37,359 nt of DNA from the IMG/VR virus record IMGVR_UViG_3300042786_000001. One strand, 5' to 3'. Source of the stretch: a virus. The stretch's first letter is position 1; the number at the start of each line of letters is the position of its first letter. The notes under the pieces are model-generated. The model ran no database searches and had not been told where the DNA came from. It saw nothing but the letters and a program-made list of their open reading frames with translations. The translations under genes and the position numbers were made by a program. Below are positions 17,512 through 24,965 of this stretch, piece after piece.

Positions 17512-18990
17512 TCACACCAAATCGTCTGGCTCATTGACTGCCATTCCATTTTCCTGCATTATGCGATTAACTTCATTCTCAACTTGCTTTTCATTCCATT
17601 CTGGATGTAGTTGCCTAACAGTAGTGTCAATACTCATTGCTTTAGCTTGTACTAATTTGTTAATACTATCAGCTTTCTGCATTGGATCAGTTTGCACACT
17701 ATCCTGAATATTAACCTGTACTTTGTAATCACCATTATTGCTGCCAAACACATAATTGTCAACTTGTAGCATCCAATAGAACATATCCTCTAATGTTGAA
17801 GTCCAGTATTTAGCTTTTTTAGCAGATGTTTTAAATGATTTACTCTGCTGTTGTTTAATTTCGGTAGCCGTTGCATTGCTGGTCGAATCTCCTAATCCAA
17901 AACTTGCGGGAGAATAACCAGCTCCACTATATGCTTGCTTCATCAATTCCATTGCTGTATCATAATGCTGTTGTGCTCTAATATCAAATTGCACTGCAGT
18001 AACATCACCTTGTTCAGCGGCATCTGCTATCCCACCAACTTTTACAAAAACTTCTTTGTCAATATCATGATACAAGTTACCATCGTTGTCAGTTTCTAAC
18101 ATATATTCTGGCACAATAATTCTTCCTCTTGCTATGCGTAAATCTCTCACCCAATTAGTATATGTTGCATCAATAGCATCCATTAATCCAACTATGCCTT
18201 GTAAATCACTCTCACCTAGAGCAGAGCCACGCCATAGTCTATTAGGATGCTTATTAGGAACATACCAGGCAAGTATGCTGTCTAAACCATGCTCAATAAC
18301 TTCTTCCATTCCTGCTGTACTCTCGTGACTCTCAAGTGATACCTTTTTCCCTAGCTTATTAGTTGTACCTTTATATAACTCATTGAATATAATGCCTTTT
18401 CTGCGTGTTTCAACTAGACGATAATATAGATTAGTGTCGGGGTGGTCAACAACTTTGAAAAATTTCACTTCTTGCAGAAATCCCCACTTAAACGTCCACA
18501 TTGCATTATCAGGCTGTACCATTATTGGGATAGGAAAGTCTTTTACCTCTCTATCCCAGTCTAGCTTAACAAATACACCACCCATTGCAGAAGTAGTTTC
18601 TGCACCTTCTAATAGTCTGCTATACACATCGCCCTCGTCTATCATAGTATTAAGCCTATTTTGAGCATCCGTTGCATCACTTGGAGCTGTTTCCTCATGT
18701 GCTTCTGGTATTTTCACATCTGGCATTTCTGAAAATAAGAAGTCAGCTGAAGTAGAGGCAATATCACCTGCTATTGGAACGTGTAACATTGTTGCTCTAT
18801 TGTTATAAATATCCTTCTCCCAAAACATTCCTTGCTTTTCTAAATTGTAATCATTGACAGTTTTCATCTCATAACTTTTTACGCCTAAGTAATAATCTAA
18901 TAATTCTTCACTGCTTCCAGAGTACCACGCAGCATACTCCTGCATTTTATCGTGATATTTATTATATTTATCATCTATCCAATTTGCCAT
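17512..18990 (-). CDS. Portal protein
   Basis: 492 aa. Assigned by its position between TerL and the MuF-like gene, and by size. Confidence 0.75.
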   Translation of the reverse strand: MANWIDDKYNKYHDKMQEYAAWYSGSSEELLDYYLGVKSYEMKTVNDYNLEKQGMFWEKDIYNNRATMLHVPIAGDIASTSADFLFSEMPDVKIPEAHEETAPSDATDAQNRLNTMIDEGDVYSRLLEGAETTSAMGGVFVKLDWDREVKDFPIPIMVQPDNAMWTFKWGFLQEVKFFKVVDHPDTNLYYRLVETRRKGIIFNELYKGTTNKLGKKVSLESHESTAGMEEVIEHGLDSILAWYVPNKHPNRLWRGSALGESDLQGIVGLMDAIDATYTNWVRDLRIARGRIIVPEYMLETDNDGNLYHDIDKEVFVKVGGIADAAEQGDVTAVQFDIRAQQHYDTAMELMKQAYSGAGYSPASFGLGDSTSNATATEIKQQQSKSFKTSAKKAKYWTSTLEDMFYWMLQVDNYVFGSNNGDYKVQVNIQDSVQTDPMQKADSINKLVQAKAMSIDTTVRQLHPEWNEKQVENEVNRIMQENGMAVNEPDDLV

Positions 18991-19005
18991 TTAATCACCA
19001 CCTTT

Positions 19006-20289
19006 CTAATTGTGTATCATCCTCTTATATATTCTCGGTGTGCTGTTAACTACATATCTGATTAAGTCCATAATATGGTCGTTTTCCTTAATTGGTTTAT
19101 CCTCGCCTCTATTGCTAGCTTTCTCATCCCAACGATATGAATGGAACTCCTCTTTAGCTTTCTCATTATGATTTAACACTACAAATTTGTTGAGTGTAAT
19201 CAAGTTGCTAACTTTTTCTATACCTTCATTGACTGAATTATTAGCTTTAGCGATTCGCTTAAATGCTGGAAACTCGTGCCTGTGCTGATATAACTCAACT
19301 CGGAAACTTTTAGCACTGGGGTCAATAAATATCCACTTAGGATTGATATCATGCTTAGTTATAAAGTTTTGCAAGTCTTTTCTATATTGGCTGTTAGCCT
19401 TGTCAGTTCCCTCTCTACCGCTGTGATAGTAAGTGTTAAGTAAATACATCCTATTGTCACTCCCTATTCCTATATGCCCAAACGCTGTCGGATTAGCCGC
19501 ACCATAATCAACGCCGATGAATTCTTGTACAATATCTACATTATTTGGTACTTTGTCAATTATATTATCATCATTGAAAGAAGGATAAACCAATCCCTCT
19601 GCAACTACCCATAATCCTCTAATATATCTATCATAATAAACACCAGAATACATACGCTTGTATCTGTCAATAATTTTTTGCGATAATGTTAAGTTATCAG
19701 CCATTGTAAAGTGTAAATGGTATATTCTTTTTTCTTCTTTCTTGTCAATCCACTCTTTCTTAAGAAAATGATAAGGTGAATCCGGATTACTATTAAACCA
19801 ATGACGGCTTCCTTCTACTGAACATCTAGCAACCATCTCATTCACAAAGTTTTCAGGAAACAATTCTACCTGGTCCGCAAAACTTCCAGCAGCTGTTAAT
19901 CCCTGTAATGTATCTTTGCTGCTAACATTATTAGCTCCATATAAATAGTAATAATTTGTGCCAATTTCAATGCGTGGCTCTTCGGTTGATCGAATGTGAT
20001 TAAACTTCAAACCTTTAGCATTTAATATTTTCTTCATAGGATTGAGCACATTTTTTGTTAAAGCTCCCATTGACTTACCTGCTATGATAAAGTTTTGATT
20101 ATCAAAGTTAGCAATGGACCAGTCAATAAATCCGCAAATCATCGCAACTGTCTTACCTGCTCTAATACTACCATCAGCTATTACTATATCCTTATCAGAA
20201 TGCGGTGAATTATTCATCCACCAACTAAGTAGCTTAACCTGCTTATCTGAAAAAGGTTGAAACTTAAATTGTGCTTTGTTATTCCTCAT
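19006..20289 (-). CDS. terL: Terminase large subunit
   Basis: 427 aa. Walker A-like GSIRAGKTV near the N-terminus, and a C-terminal nuclease-type region. It lies upstream of the portal. Confidence 0.85.
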   Translation of the reverse strand: MRNNKAQFKFQPFSDKQVKLLSWWMNNSPHSDKDIVIADGSIRAGKTVAMICGFIDWSIANFDNQNFIIAGKSMGALTKNVLNPMKKILNAKGLKFNHIRSTEEPRIEIGTNYYYLYGANNVSSKDTLQGLTAAGSFADQVELFPENFVNEMVARCSVEGSRHWFNSNPDSPYHFLKKEWIDKKEEKRIYHLHFTMADNLTLSQKIIDRYKRMYSGVYYDRYIRGLWVVAEGLVYPSFNDDNIIDKVPNNVDIVQEFIGVDYGAANPTAFGHIGIGSDNRMYLLNTYYHSGREGTDKANSQYRKDLQNFITKHDINPKWIFIDPSAKSFRVELYQHRHEFPAFKRIAKANNSVNEGIEKVSNLITLNKFVVLNHNEKAKEEFHSYRWDEKASNRGEDKPIKENDHIMDLIRYVVNSTPRIYKRMIHN

Positions 20290-20297
20290 ATTTTAGC

Positions 20298-20504
20298 CTA
20301 CTTTTTTCTTTTAATTACATCTCTTATAGAATTTAAATTTGTTGCCTCTAATTTAGCTTCATACCATTCATCAGTTTCATAATATTTAATAACAGTTTGT
20401 TTAACATCACCAATTTCAGTTATAATTTCTTTTTTGACTAATTTAATCTTCATCATCCTCCCATACTTCCTCACTTCTACCTCTAATCGCATCGATGTAA
20501 ACAT
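20298..20504 (-). CDS. Hypothetical small protein (start uncertain)
   Basis: ORF track, 68 aa. It overlaps the TerS 3' end. The internal ATGs at 20456/20453 follow GGGAGG too closely, so the start is unresolved. Confidence 0.35.
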   Translation of the reverse strand: MFTSMRLEVEVRKYGRMMKIKLVKKEIITEIGDVKQTVIKYYETDEWYEAKLEATNLNSIRDVIKRKK

Positions 20505-20964
20505 CTACATCTACACTATCTGGAGCTTCATCATTCTCAACTTGATATTTTAGCTTAAGTAATTGAGTCTTCTTACCTTGCACTCTAGTTAAAGCCTCTT
20601 CAATATTAGAAGTGTTTTCAGCTTCAACAGATTGATTAATCCTCTGCATCATTCGCCTAATTCTAATCTCAATCAACTTAATATCATCATCAATTAAATC
20701 TATAACTTCATGCTTAACTTTAGGTAATAGTTGTTGTTCTTCATCTGTTAAAGTATCCATCCATATAGTTTCATATTCGCCTGTGGAAACAGCGTTTTTA
20801 TTTTGCTTCATATTTTCTGGTTTCGGCCCAGTTGATTTGCCACCGTGATATTTACATCTACCTTCGCCTAAGTGAGAAGTTCCATATCCGGCAACTAACT
20901 TACATTCTTCACCTGTGCTTTTAGCTTTAGCACCACAAATCTTTCTATGAGCTTTGTTTCCCAT
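20443..20964 (-). CDS. terS: Terminase small subunit (putative) with an N-terminal Cys/His-rich segment
   Basis: 173 aa, directly upstream of TerL. It has the N-terminus ICGAKAKSTGEECK...GRCKYHGGKSTG and a helical acidic C-terminal half. Confidence 0.55.
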   Translation of the reverse strand: MGNKAHRKICGAKAKSTGEECKLVAGYGTSHLGEGRCKYHGGKSTGPKPENMKQNKNAVSTGEYETIWMDTLTDEEQQLLPKVKHEVIDLIDDDIKLIEIRIRRMMQRINQSVEAENTSNIEEALTRVQGKKTQLLKLKYQVENDEAPDSVDVDVYIDAIRGRSEEVWEDDED

Positions 20965-20979
20965 ATCACCACCTCAATT

Positions 20980-21141
20980 CTAAACTTTTATTAAATAAAT
21001 TATATCTAATTCAGCAACATAACTATCTATTTTGTATTTGCAATCTTCTTTTAAACTATTAAATCCACCATCATTTCTAATAAAAACTTGGCTGCTGGAA
21101 GGTTTATCATCTAAAATTTCTTTTTTTGTGTATAATTCCAT
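20980..21141 (-). CDS. Small hypothetical protein (53 aa), below the ORF-track cutoff
   Basis: Own translation: MELYTKKEILDDKPSSSQVFIRNDGGFNSLKEDCKYKIDSYVAELDIIYLIKV. GAGGTGG lies upstream of the ATG. Confidence 0.45.
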   Translation of the reverse strand: MELYTKKEILDDKPSSSQVFIRNDGGFNSLKEDCKYKIDSYVAELDIIYLIKV

Positions 21142-21164
21142 ATCGCCACCTCTTTTCTAAAAAA

Positions 21165-21353
21165 TTATCGCATTAAAATTATAATTAAATATAAATTCCA
21201 AGCAGAAGTACTTATTATCGGAATAATCCCTAAAATTTTAAGTAACCAATTATAATGATACCAGTTTTCTTTTAAATCAATTATTGTTTTTATCATTAAA
21301 GAATTGTTAATTACAAGTAATGATATTAACATAAGTAACAATAAATAATACAT
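21165..21353 (-). CDS. Small two-TM membrane protein (62 aa from the internal start)
   Basis: The ORF track gives 21165..21452. The ATG at 21353 (MYYLLLLMLISLLVINN...) is preceded by AGGAGGGATAGA, which removes the overlap with the upstream gene. Confidence 0.5.
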   Translation of the reverse strand: MYYLLLLMLISLLVINNSLMIKTIIDLKENWYHYNWLLKILGIIPIISTSAWNLYLIIILMR

Positions 21354-21385
21354 TCTATCCCTCCTATTATCGCATAGAATATTAA

Positions 21386-21580
21386 CTATAAATTTAAAAA
21401 TATCCAATAAAATAATACAATATCTGATACTGCAACCAACCATATTATACACAATCCCACTAATTTTATACTAAAATCAACACTTTTAAAATCCTTTAAA
21501 ACTAAATATAATAAATGATTAGCTAAAATAAATATCATCAAATATATAGAATTAATAATCATATTAATTAAATTTTCCAT
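21386..21580 (-). CDS. Small multi-TM membrane protein (64 aa)
   Basis: Very hydrophobic. The ATG is preceded by AGGAGGGATAAA, nearly identical to the RBS of the next gene. Confidence 0.5.
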   Translation of the reverse strand: MENLINMIINSIYLMIFILANHLLYLVLKDFKSVDFSIKLVGLCIIWLVAVSDIVLFYWIFLNL

Positions 21581-21594
21581 TTTATCCCTCCTGT

Positions 21595-21675
21595 TTATTT
21601 ATACAATTCTCCACTACATTTTCCGCAATAAATTTTCCCACTTCTGTTATCATTTCCACAATCTCGGCAAATCAT
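21595..21675 (-). CDS. 26-aa zinc-ribbon mini-protein
   Basis: Own translation: MICRDCGNDNRSGKIYCGKCSGELYK, with two CxxC pairs. AAGGAGATGG lies upstream of the ATG. Confidence 0.45.
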   Translation of the reverse strand: MICRDCGNDNRSGKIYCGKCSGELYK

Positions 21676-21780
21676 TGTACCATCTCCTTATATTAATTAT
21701 TTATAATTTTTATCTTTATTCAGCCTAATGGCTTTAGCTATCTTTTCACCATTAATAGTTACTGAAATATTTAAATCTTT

Positions 21781-21996
21781 TTATTCTTGTTTTGCTTTGT
21801 ATTTCCCAGCAAATTCAGCTATAATTTCAACTACATTTTCTTTTTCTCTAAAAGCTATAATTTGATATAAATATTTATTGCTTATATTTACCGCTTCACC
21901 AAGATTATAATTGCCTTTATCAGTATAAATTTTAATTTTATTCGGGCAATTAACATAATCTAAATTTGCAATATCATCTCTAATTATTTTTTGCAT
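21781..21996 (-). CDS. Hypothetical protein (71 aa)
   Basis: ORF track. GAGGTGA RBS. Confidence 0.5.
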   Translation of the reverse strand: MQKIIRDDIANLDYVNCPNKIKIYTDKGNYNLGEAVNISNKYLYQIIAFREKENVVEIIAEFAGKYKAKQE

Positions 21997-22057
21997 CTAA
22001 TTCACCTCACTATAATGTGCCAATCCTAAATCAACTATCTGATGCTTGATTATGTTG

Positions 22058-22855
22058 CTATGGCAAATCTGCATAATAATCAGCTTCTTCAAATTGTTGC
22101 ACACCACTTTTGTAATTTAAATATTCTTCTATTGTGTCAAGTGTCATCATTTTATTAAACTTTAAATGGAACTTGTTATCTGGGTTATCTCCCATCATAA
22201 ATTTATGGTTAGTTGCATTATTAATGGATTTTTTAATATCATTTAATGTGAAATACTTAAACAACTTCTTAATTTTATACTTCCTTTTATCAGTCAACAC
22301 TTGTGGATTATAGTCAGCATCTTTAACTACCTGCTTGTAATGTTCCCAAACTTCTTCAACATCTCCTATATTATCTTTGTTGTTAGTCTTTGTAGTAATC
22401 TCTGTTAAAGAATTGTGATATTTACTGTTTCCATTTGTGCTATTTATATTTTCCTTTTGTGTTATATCATCTTTCCCGTCATTTCGCTTATCTTCTAAAA
22501 ACTCAATAAATTCTTCAACAAACTTATCTTGATTTAATTTGTAATGGATAGTGGGCGAACCATTAGCTTTTTTTAATTTAGTTTTAATTAAACCTCTATC
22601 TTCTAAATTATTTTTAGCTTTTCTAGCATAATATTTAGGAATTCCCAACTCTTCTTCCCACTCTTTATAAGTTTTATAAATATAACCATCTTTCCGCTTT
22701 TCTCTGCCAGTCCAATAAACTAATTGAGATAACATTATTCCAGTTGACGGATCACCAGCAAATTTCATAAATTCTTTGGGAACAGCTAAAACATTATCGT
22801 TACCAGTTAAATTATGAATTAAATTAAACATTTGATTTTGGAAGTCGCTACGCAT
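22058..22855 (-). CDS. Winged-helix replisome-organizer-like protein, copy 1
   Basis: 265 aa. The N-terminal wHTH-like region is LSQLVYWTGREKRKDGYIYKTYKEWEEELGIPKYYARKAKNNLEDRGLIKTK. It also has a low-complexity linker and a helical C-domain, and it ends ...EEADYYADLP like the 35446..36246 protein. Confidence 0.5.
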   Translation of the reverse strand: MRSDFQNQMFNLIHNLTGNDNVLAVPKEFMKFAGDPSTGIMLSQLVYWTGREKRKDGYIYKTYKEWEEELGIPKYYARKAKNNLEDRGLIKTKLKKANGSPTIHYKLNQDKFVEEFIEFLEDKRNDGKDDITQKENINSTNGNSKYHNSLTEITTKTNNKDNIGDVEEVWEHYKQVVKDADYNPQVLTDKRKYKIKKLFKYFTLNDIKKSINNATNHKFMMGDNPDNKFHLKFNKMMTLDTIEEYLNYKSGVQQFEEADYYADLP

Positions 22856-23624
22856 CTATATCATCATCCTCAATGGATTTGATATACTCAACATCTTCTG
22901 GTTCTAACTCAAACCACTCACCTTTTATTCTTTTATCAGAAAATCTTTCATGTAATTCTTTTTCTAAATCATAAATGTTAAAACTTTTAATTAAATTTAT
23001 TGTCTTTAATTCAAAAGGCATCTTTGGTGAAATTTCATTATATCTTCTTTTAAAATTGTTGCTAACTCCTATTTTATATTGTTTTTTATCTTTAATTTTC
23101 AATAAATAAACTACACCTGGTTTGAGGTTGTTTTTGTTGTTTTCATTTAAGTTGGCTAATTTAGCCTCCCATTCTAACTTTTCTCTTTCTATTTTTGCCT
23201 CTTTATATTTTTCGTTCGGGTTATCTACATTATCTAAAAAATATTTAGTTGGGTCAACAAAAACTTTTTTAACAACAGGGAAATTTTCATAAATTGTACT
23301 TAAAATTAACTCCCAAGTGTATGGTGGTTTTCTGTCTGGAAAATCAAAATAATATTTCATATCAGGGTCTCCATTGGAGAATGAAAATTTAGCTAATATT
23401 TCTGGGTCGTTATAAATTGTAATAGCTTGTCCCATAATTCTAGAAGCATTCAAATAATCAGCCAATGAGTAGTTTGGAATTCCATTTTCTTCTACAAAAT
23501 CACTCCACCATTTAAAATCTTCTTCACTAAAACAAGAATCACCTTCATATCCAGTTATTCCTTCAGCCATATAAGTTGTATAACCCATACCTAAACTATC
23601 AATAACATCTTTACAATTATACAT
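22848..23624 (-). CDS. T5orf172 / MUG113 (GIY-YIG superfamily-like) domain protein, copy 1, with an unknown 150-aa N-domain
   Basis: 258 aa. The C-terminal VVYLLKIKDKKQYKIGVSNNFKRRYNEISPKMPFELKTINLIKSFNIYDLEKELHERFSDKRIKGEWFELEPEDVEYI matches about half the positions of the domain in 36246..36785. Confidence 0.6.
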   Translation of the reverse strand: MYNCKDVIDSLGMGYTTYMAEGITGYEGDSCFSEEDFKWWSDFVEENGIPNYSLADYLNASRIMGQAITIYNDPEILAKFSFSNGDPDMKYYFDFPDRKPPYTWELILSTIYENFPVVKKVFVDPTKYFLDNVDNPNEKYKEAKIEREKLEWEAKLANLNENNKNNLKPGVVYLLKIKDKKQYKIGVSNNFKRRYNEISPKMPFELKTINLIKSFNIYDLEKELHERFSDKRIKGEWFELEPEDVEYIKSIEDDDIDA

Positions 23625-23752
23625 TTAACAACATCCCTTTTATTATTCCTCTTATTATTAGAGGCAGGAAGTTGGAAGAGGAATGTTTGCAACCAACAAT
23701 TCGGGAGCTACCCTATCCTGCCAATATGTACTAACTTTAACCTTACACTATA

Positions 23753-23781
23753 ATTATACCACCCAACCAACAATAAGTCAA
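23753..23781 (-). promoter_or_regulatory. Consensus-like sigma-A promoter: TTGACT, 17-nt spacer, TATAAT, with an upstream TG
   Basis: The minus strand reads TTGACTtattgttggttgggtggTATAAT. The -35 is at 23776..23781 and the -10 at 23753..23758. A leader of about 120 nt precedes the ATG at 23624. Confidence 0.7.
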
Positions 23782-23811
23782 GGGTATTTTGAAAACTTTT
23801 TAAATTAATTT

Positions 23812-23885
23812 TGGAGGTGGCAACCAGAATTGAACTGGTATCCCTAGATTACAAAACTAGTATTCTACCTTTAAACTATGCCACC
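23812..23885 (-). tRNA. tRNA-Thr (anticodon UGU), CCA encoded
   Basis: Minus strand: GGTGGCA-TA-GTTT-AAAGGTA-GAAT-A-CTAGT-TTTGTAA-TCTAG-GGAT-ACCAG-TTCAATT-CTGGT-TGCCACC-T-CCA. The cloverleaf was folded by hand; there is one U-U at the base of the anticodon stem. Confidence 0.8.
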
Positions 23886-24031
23886 ATATAGCTGATAGTT
23901 TTACTTCCGTCAGCTGCAGAAGATAACGGATAAAGACACCCGGCAGATACTGAGTGCTACCTTTTATCCTCCCACTTAATCTATTAAGCAACACCATCTG
24001 CCATAGCATTGCACAAGTGGTAACATATATA
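23886..24031 (-). other. 146-nt non-coding segment with several helices, abutting the 5' end of tRNA-Thr (candidate structured RNA or processing leader)
   Basis: No ORF with an RBS. Minus-strand helices are GGCAGAT(24002..23996)/ATCTGCC(23948..23942) and CTTAA/TTAAG (23988..23975). There is also an interleaved pair, TCCGT(23930..23926)/ACGGA(23910..23906) and AGCTGA(23915..23910)/TCAGCT(23895..23890). Confidence 0.3.
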
Positions 24032-24202
24032 TTATAAGTTCCTTATTACAATATACAAATTGCTATTTATCTCTTGCAGCTTTACAAATTCTTTTTTATT
24101 TAATTTTCTCAATGTATAATTGATAGCATTTGTTGTCGTTAACATATTTCCATTCTCATCTTCATAATTAATTGGAACAAATTCTATTTCTTCACAAATC
24201 AT
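24032..24202 (-). CDS. Small hypothetical protein (56 aa), below the ORF-track cutoff
   Basis: Own translation: MICEEIEFVPINYEDENGNMLTTTNAINYTLRKLNKKEFVKLQEINSNLYIVIRNL. Its ATG overlaps the upstream stop (ATGA). Confidence 0.45.
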   Translation of the reverse strand: MICEEIEFVPINYEDENGNMLTTTNAINYTLRKLNKKEFVKLQEINSNLYIVIRNL

Positions 24203-24723
24203 CTAATCCCCAACTTCTTATCAAGCAATAATTGGTCAATTTCTTCTACTTTTATATCCTTATCTAACATTTCAGCATATAATATCTCATCAGACTGCCC
24301 ACTGCTTAAAAAGCCGTCATATTGGATAAATACGCAAGTATCAGCTCTATCTATCATGTGATAGCACTCATTCGTTATAGCCTCTCTCATATCGTCTGTA
24401 TCAAAGTATGAGAAGCTGTGTAAAGGTGATAAGATTAATGCTTCTGGATTAGCTTCTCTAATCTCTTTGGCTATAAAATCAACTCTCAACTTATTAATTT
24501 TTGGATCATCAGCAAAAGGATGAGATAAGAAAATTAATTCATAACCTCTCATTTCTTTTTTAATGTCATCATAATCTATCATTTCCAACATTGTATCATT
24601 ATTAATATCTAGATCATCATTTTGATGAATATCATCTAGGTTTTTCATTTTCCTTGATTGCAGCTCTGGCATTTCTAAAATTTCTTCTACTTTTAAACAT
24701 TCTCCATTGCAATGGTCACACAT
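24199..24723 (-). CDS. Hypothetical protein. Possible nucleoside 2-deoxyribosyltransferase-like (DUF4406/DUF1937-type) fold with an N-terminal Cys knuckle
   Basis: 174 aa. N-terminal CDHCNGEC. The core ELIFLSHPFADDP...ALILSPLHSFSYF...ADTCVFIQ...SSGQSDEILYAE resembles the Rossmann-like S.G...E family. This is weak, by-eye recognition. Confidence 0.3.
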   Translation of the reverse strand: MCDHCNGECLKVEEILEMPELQSRKMKNLDDIHQNDDLDINNDTMLEMIDYDDIKKEMRGYELIFLSHPFADDPKINKLRVDFIAKEIREANPEALILSPLHSFSYFDTDDMREAITNECYHMIDRADTCVFIQYDGFLSSGQSDEILYAEMLDKDIKVEEIDQLLLDKKLGIR

Positions 24724-24744
24724 TTTAATCTCCCCTTATAATAA

Positions 24745-24954
24745 TTACAAATTATTTATTTTATTTTCAATTTCCTTTTTAGTTTTTTTGTCAAACTTTT
24801 CGGATTGACCACAATTAGTGCAATTTAAATGCTCAACAAATCCATTTTCTAAGTCAATTTTATCATAAAAATTATAAGATTCAATGCCACAGACCTTACA
24901 TTTGTAAGCTGCCTTAACAACCGTTTCAATATGCCTGATTTTAATCTTTTCCAC
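24745..24954 (-). CDS. Zinc-ribbon protein (69 aa)
   Basis: CKVCG ... CTNCG pairs. Confidence 0.5.
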   Translation of the reverse strand: MEKIKIRHIETVVKAAYKCKVCGIESYNFYDKIDLENGFVEHLNCTNCGQSEKFDKKTKKEIENKINNL

Positions 24955-24965
24955 TTCATCATCCC

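Noticed and set aside
23663-23722. Possible degenerate tRNA (7-bp GGCAGGA/TCCTGCC acceptor-like helix with TA after it and a GTTGG...CCAAC helix)
   Set aside because: The internal segment cannot form a 7-nt anticodon loop or a TPsiC loop (the T-like helix encloses 17 nt). It lies downstream of a promoter, as part of an mRNA leader.
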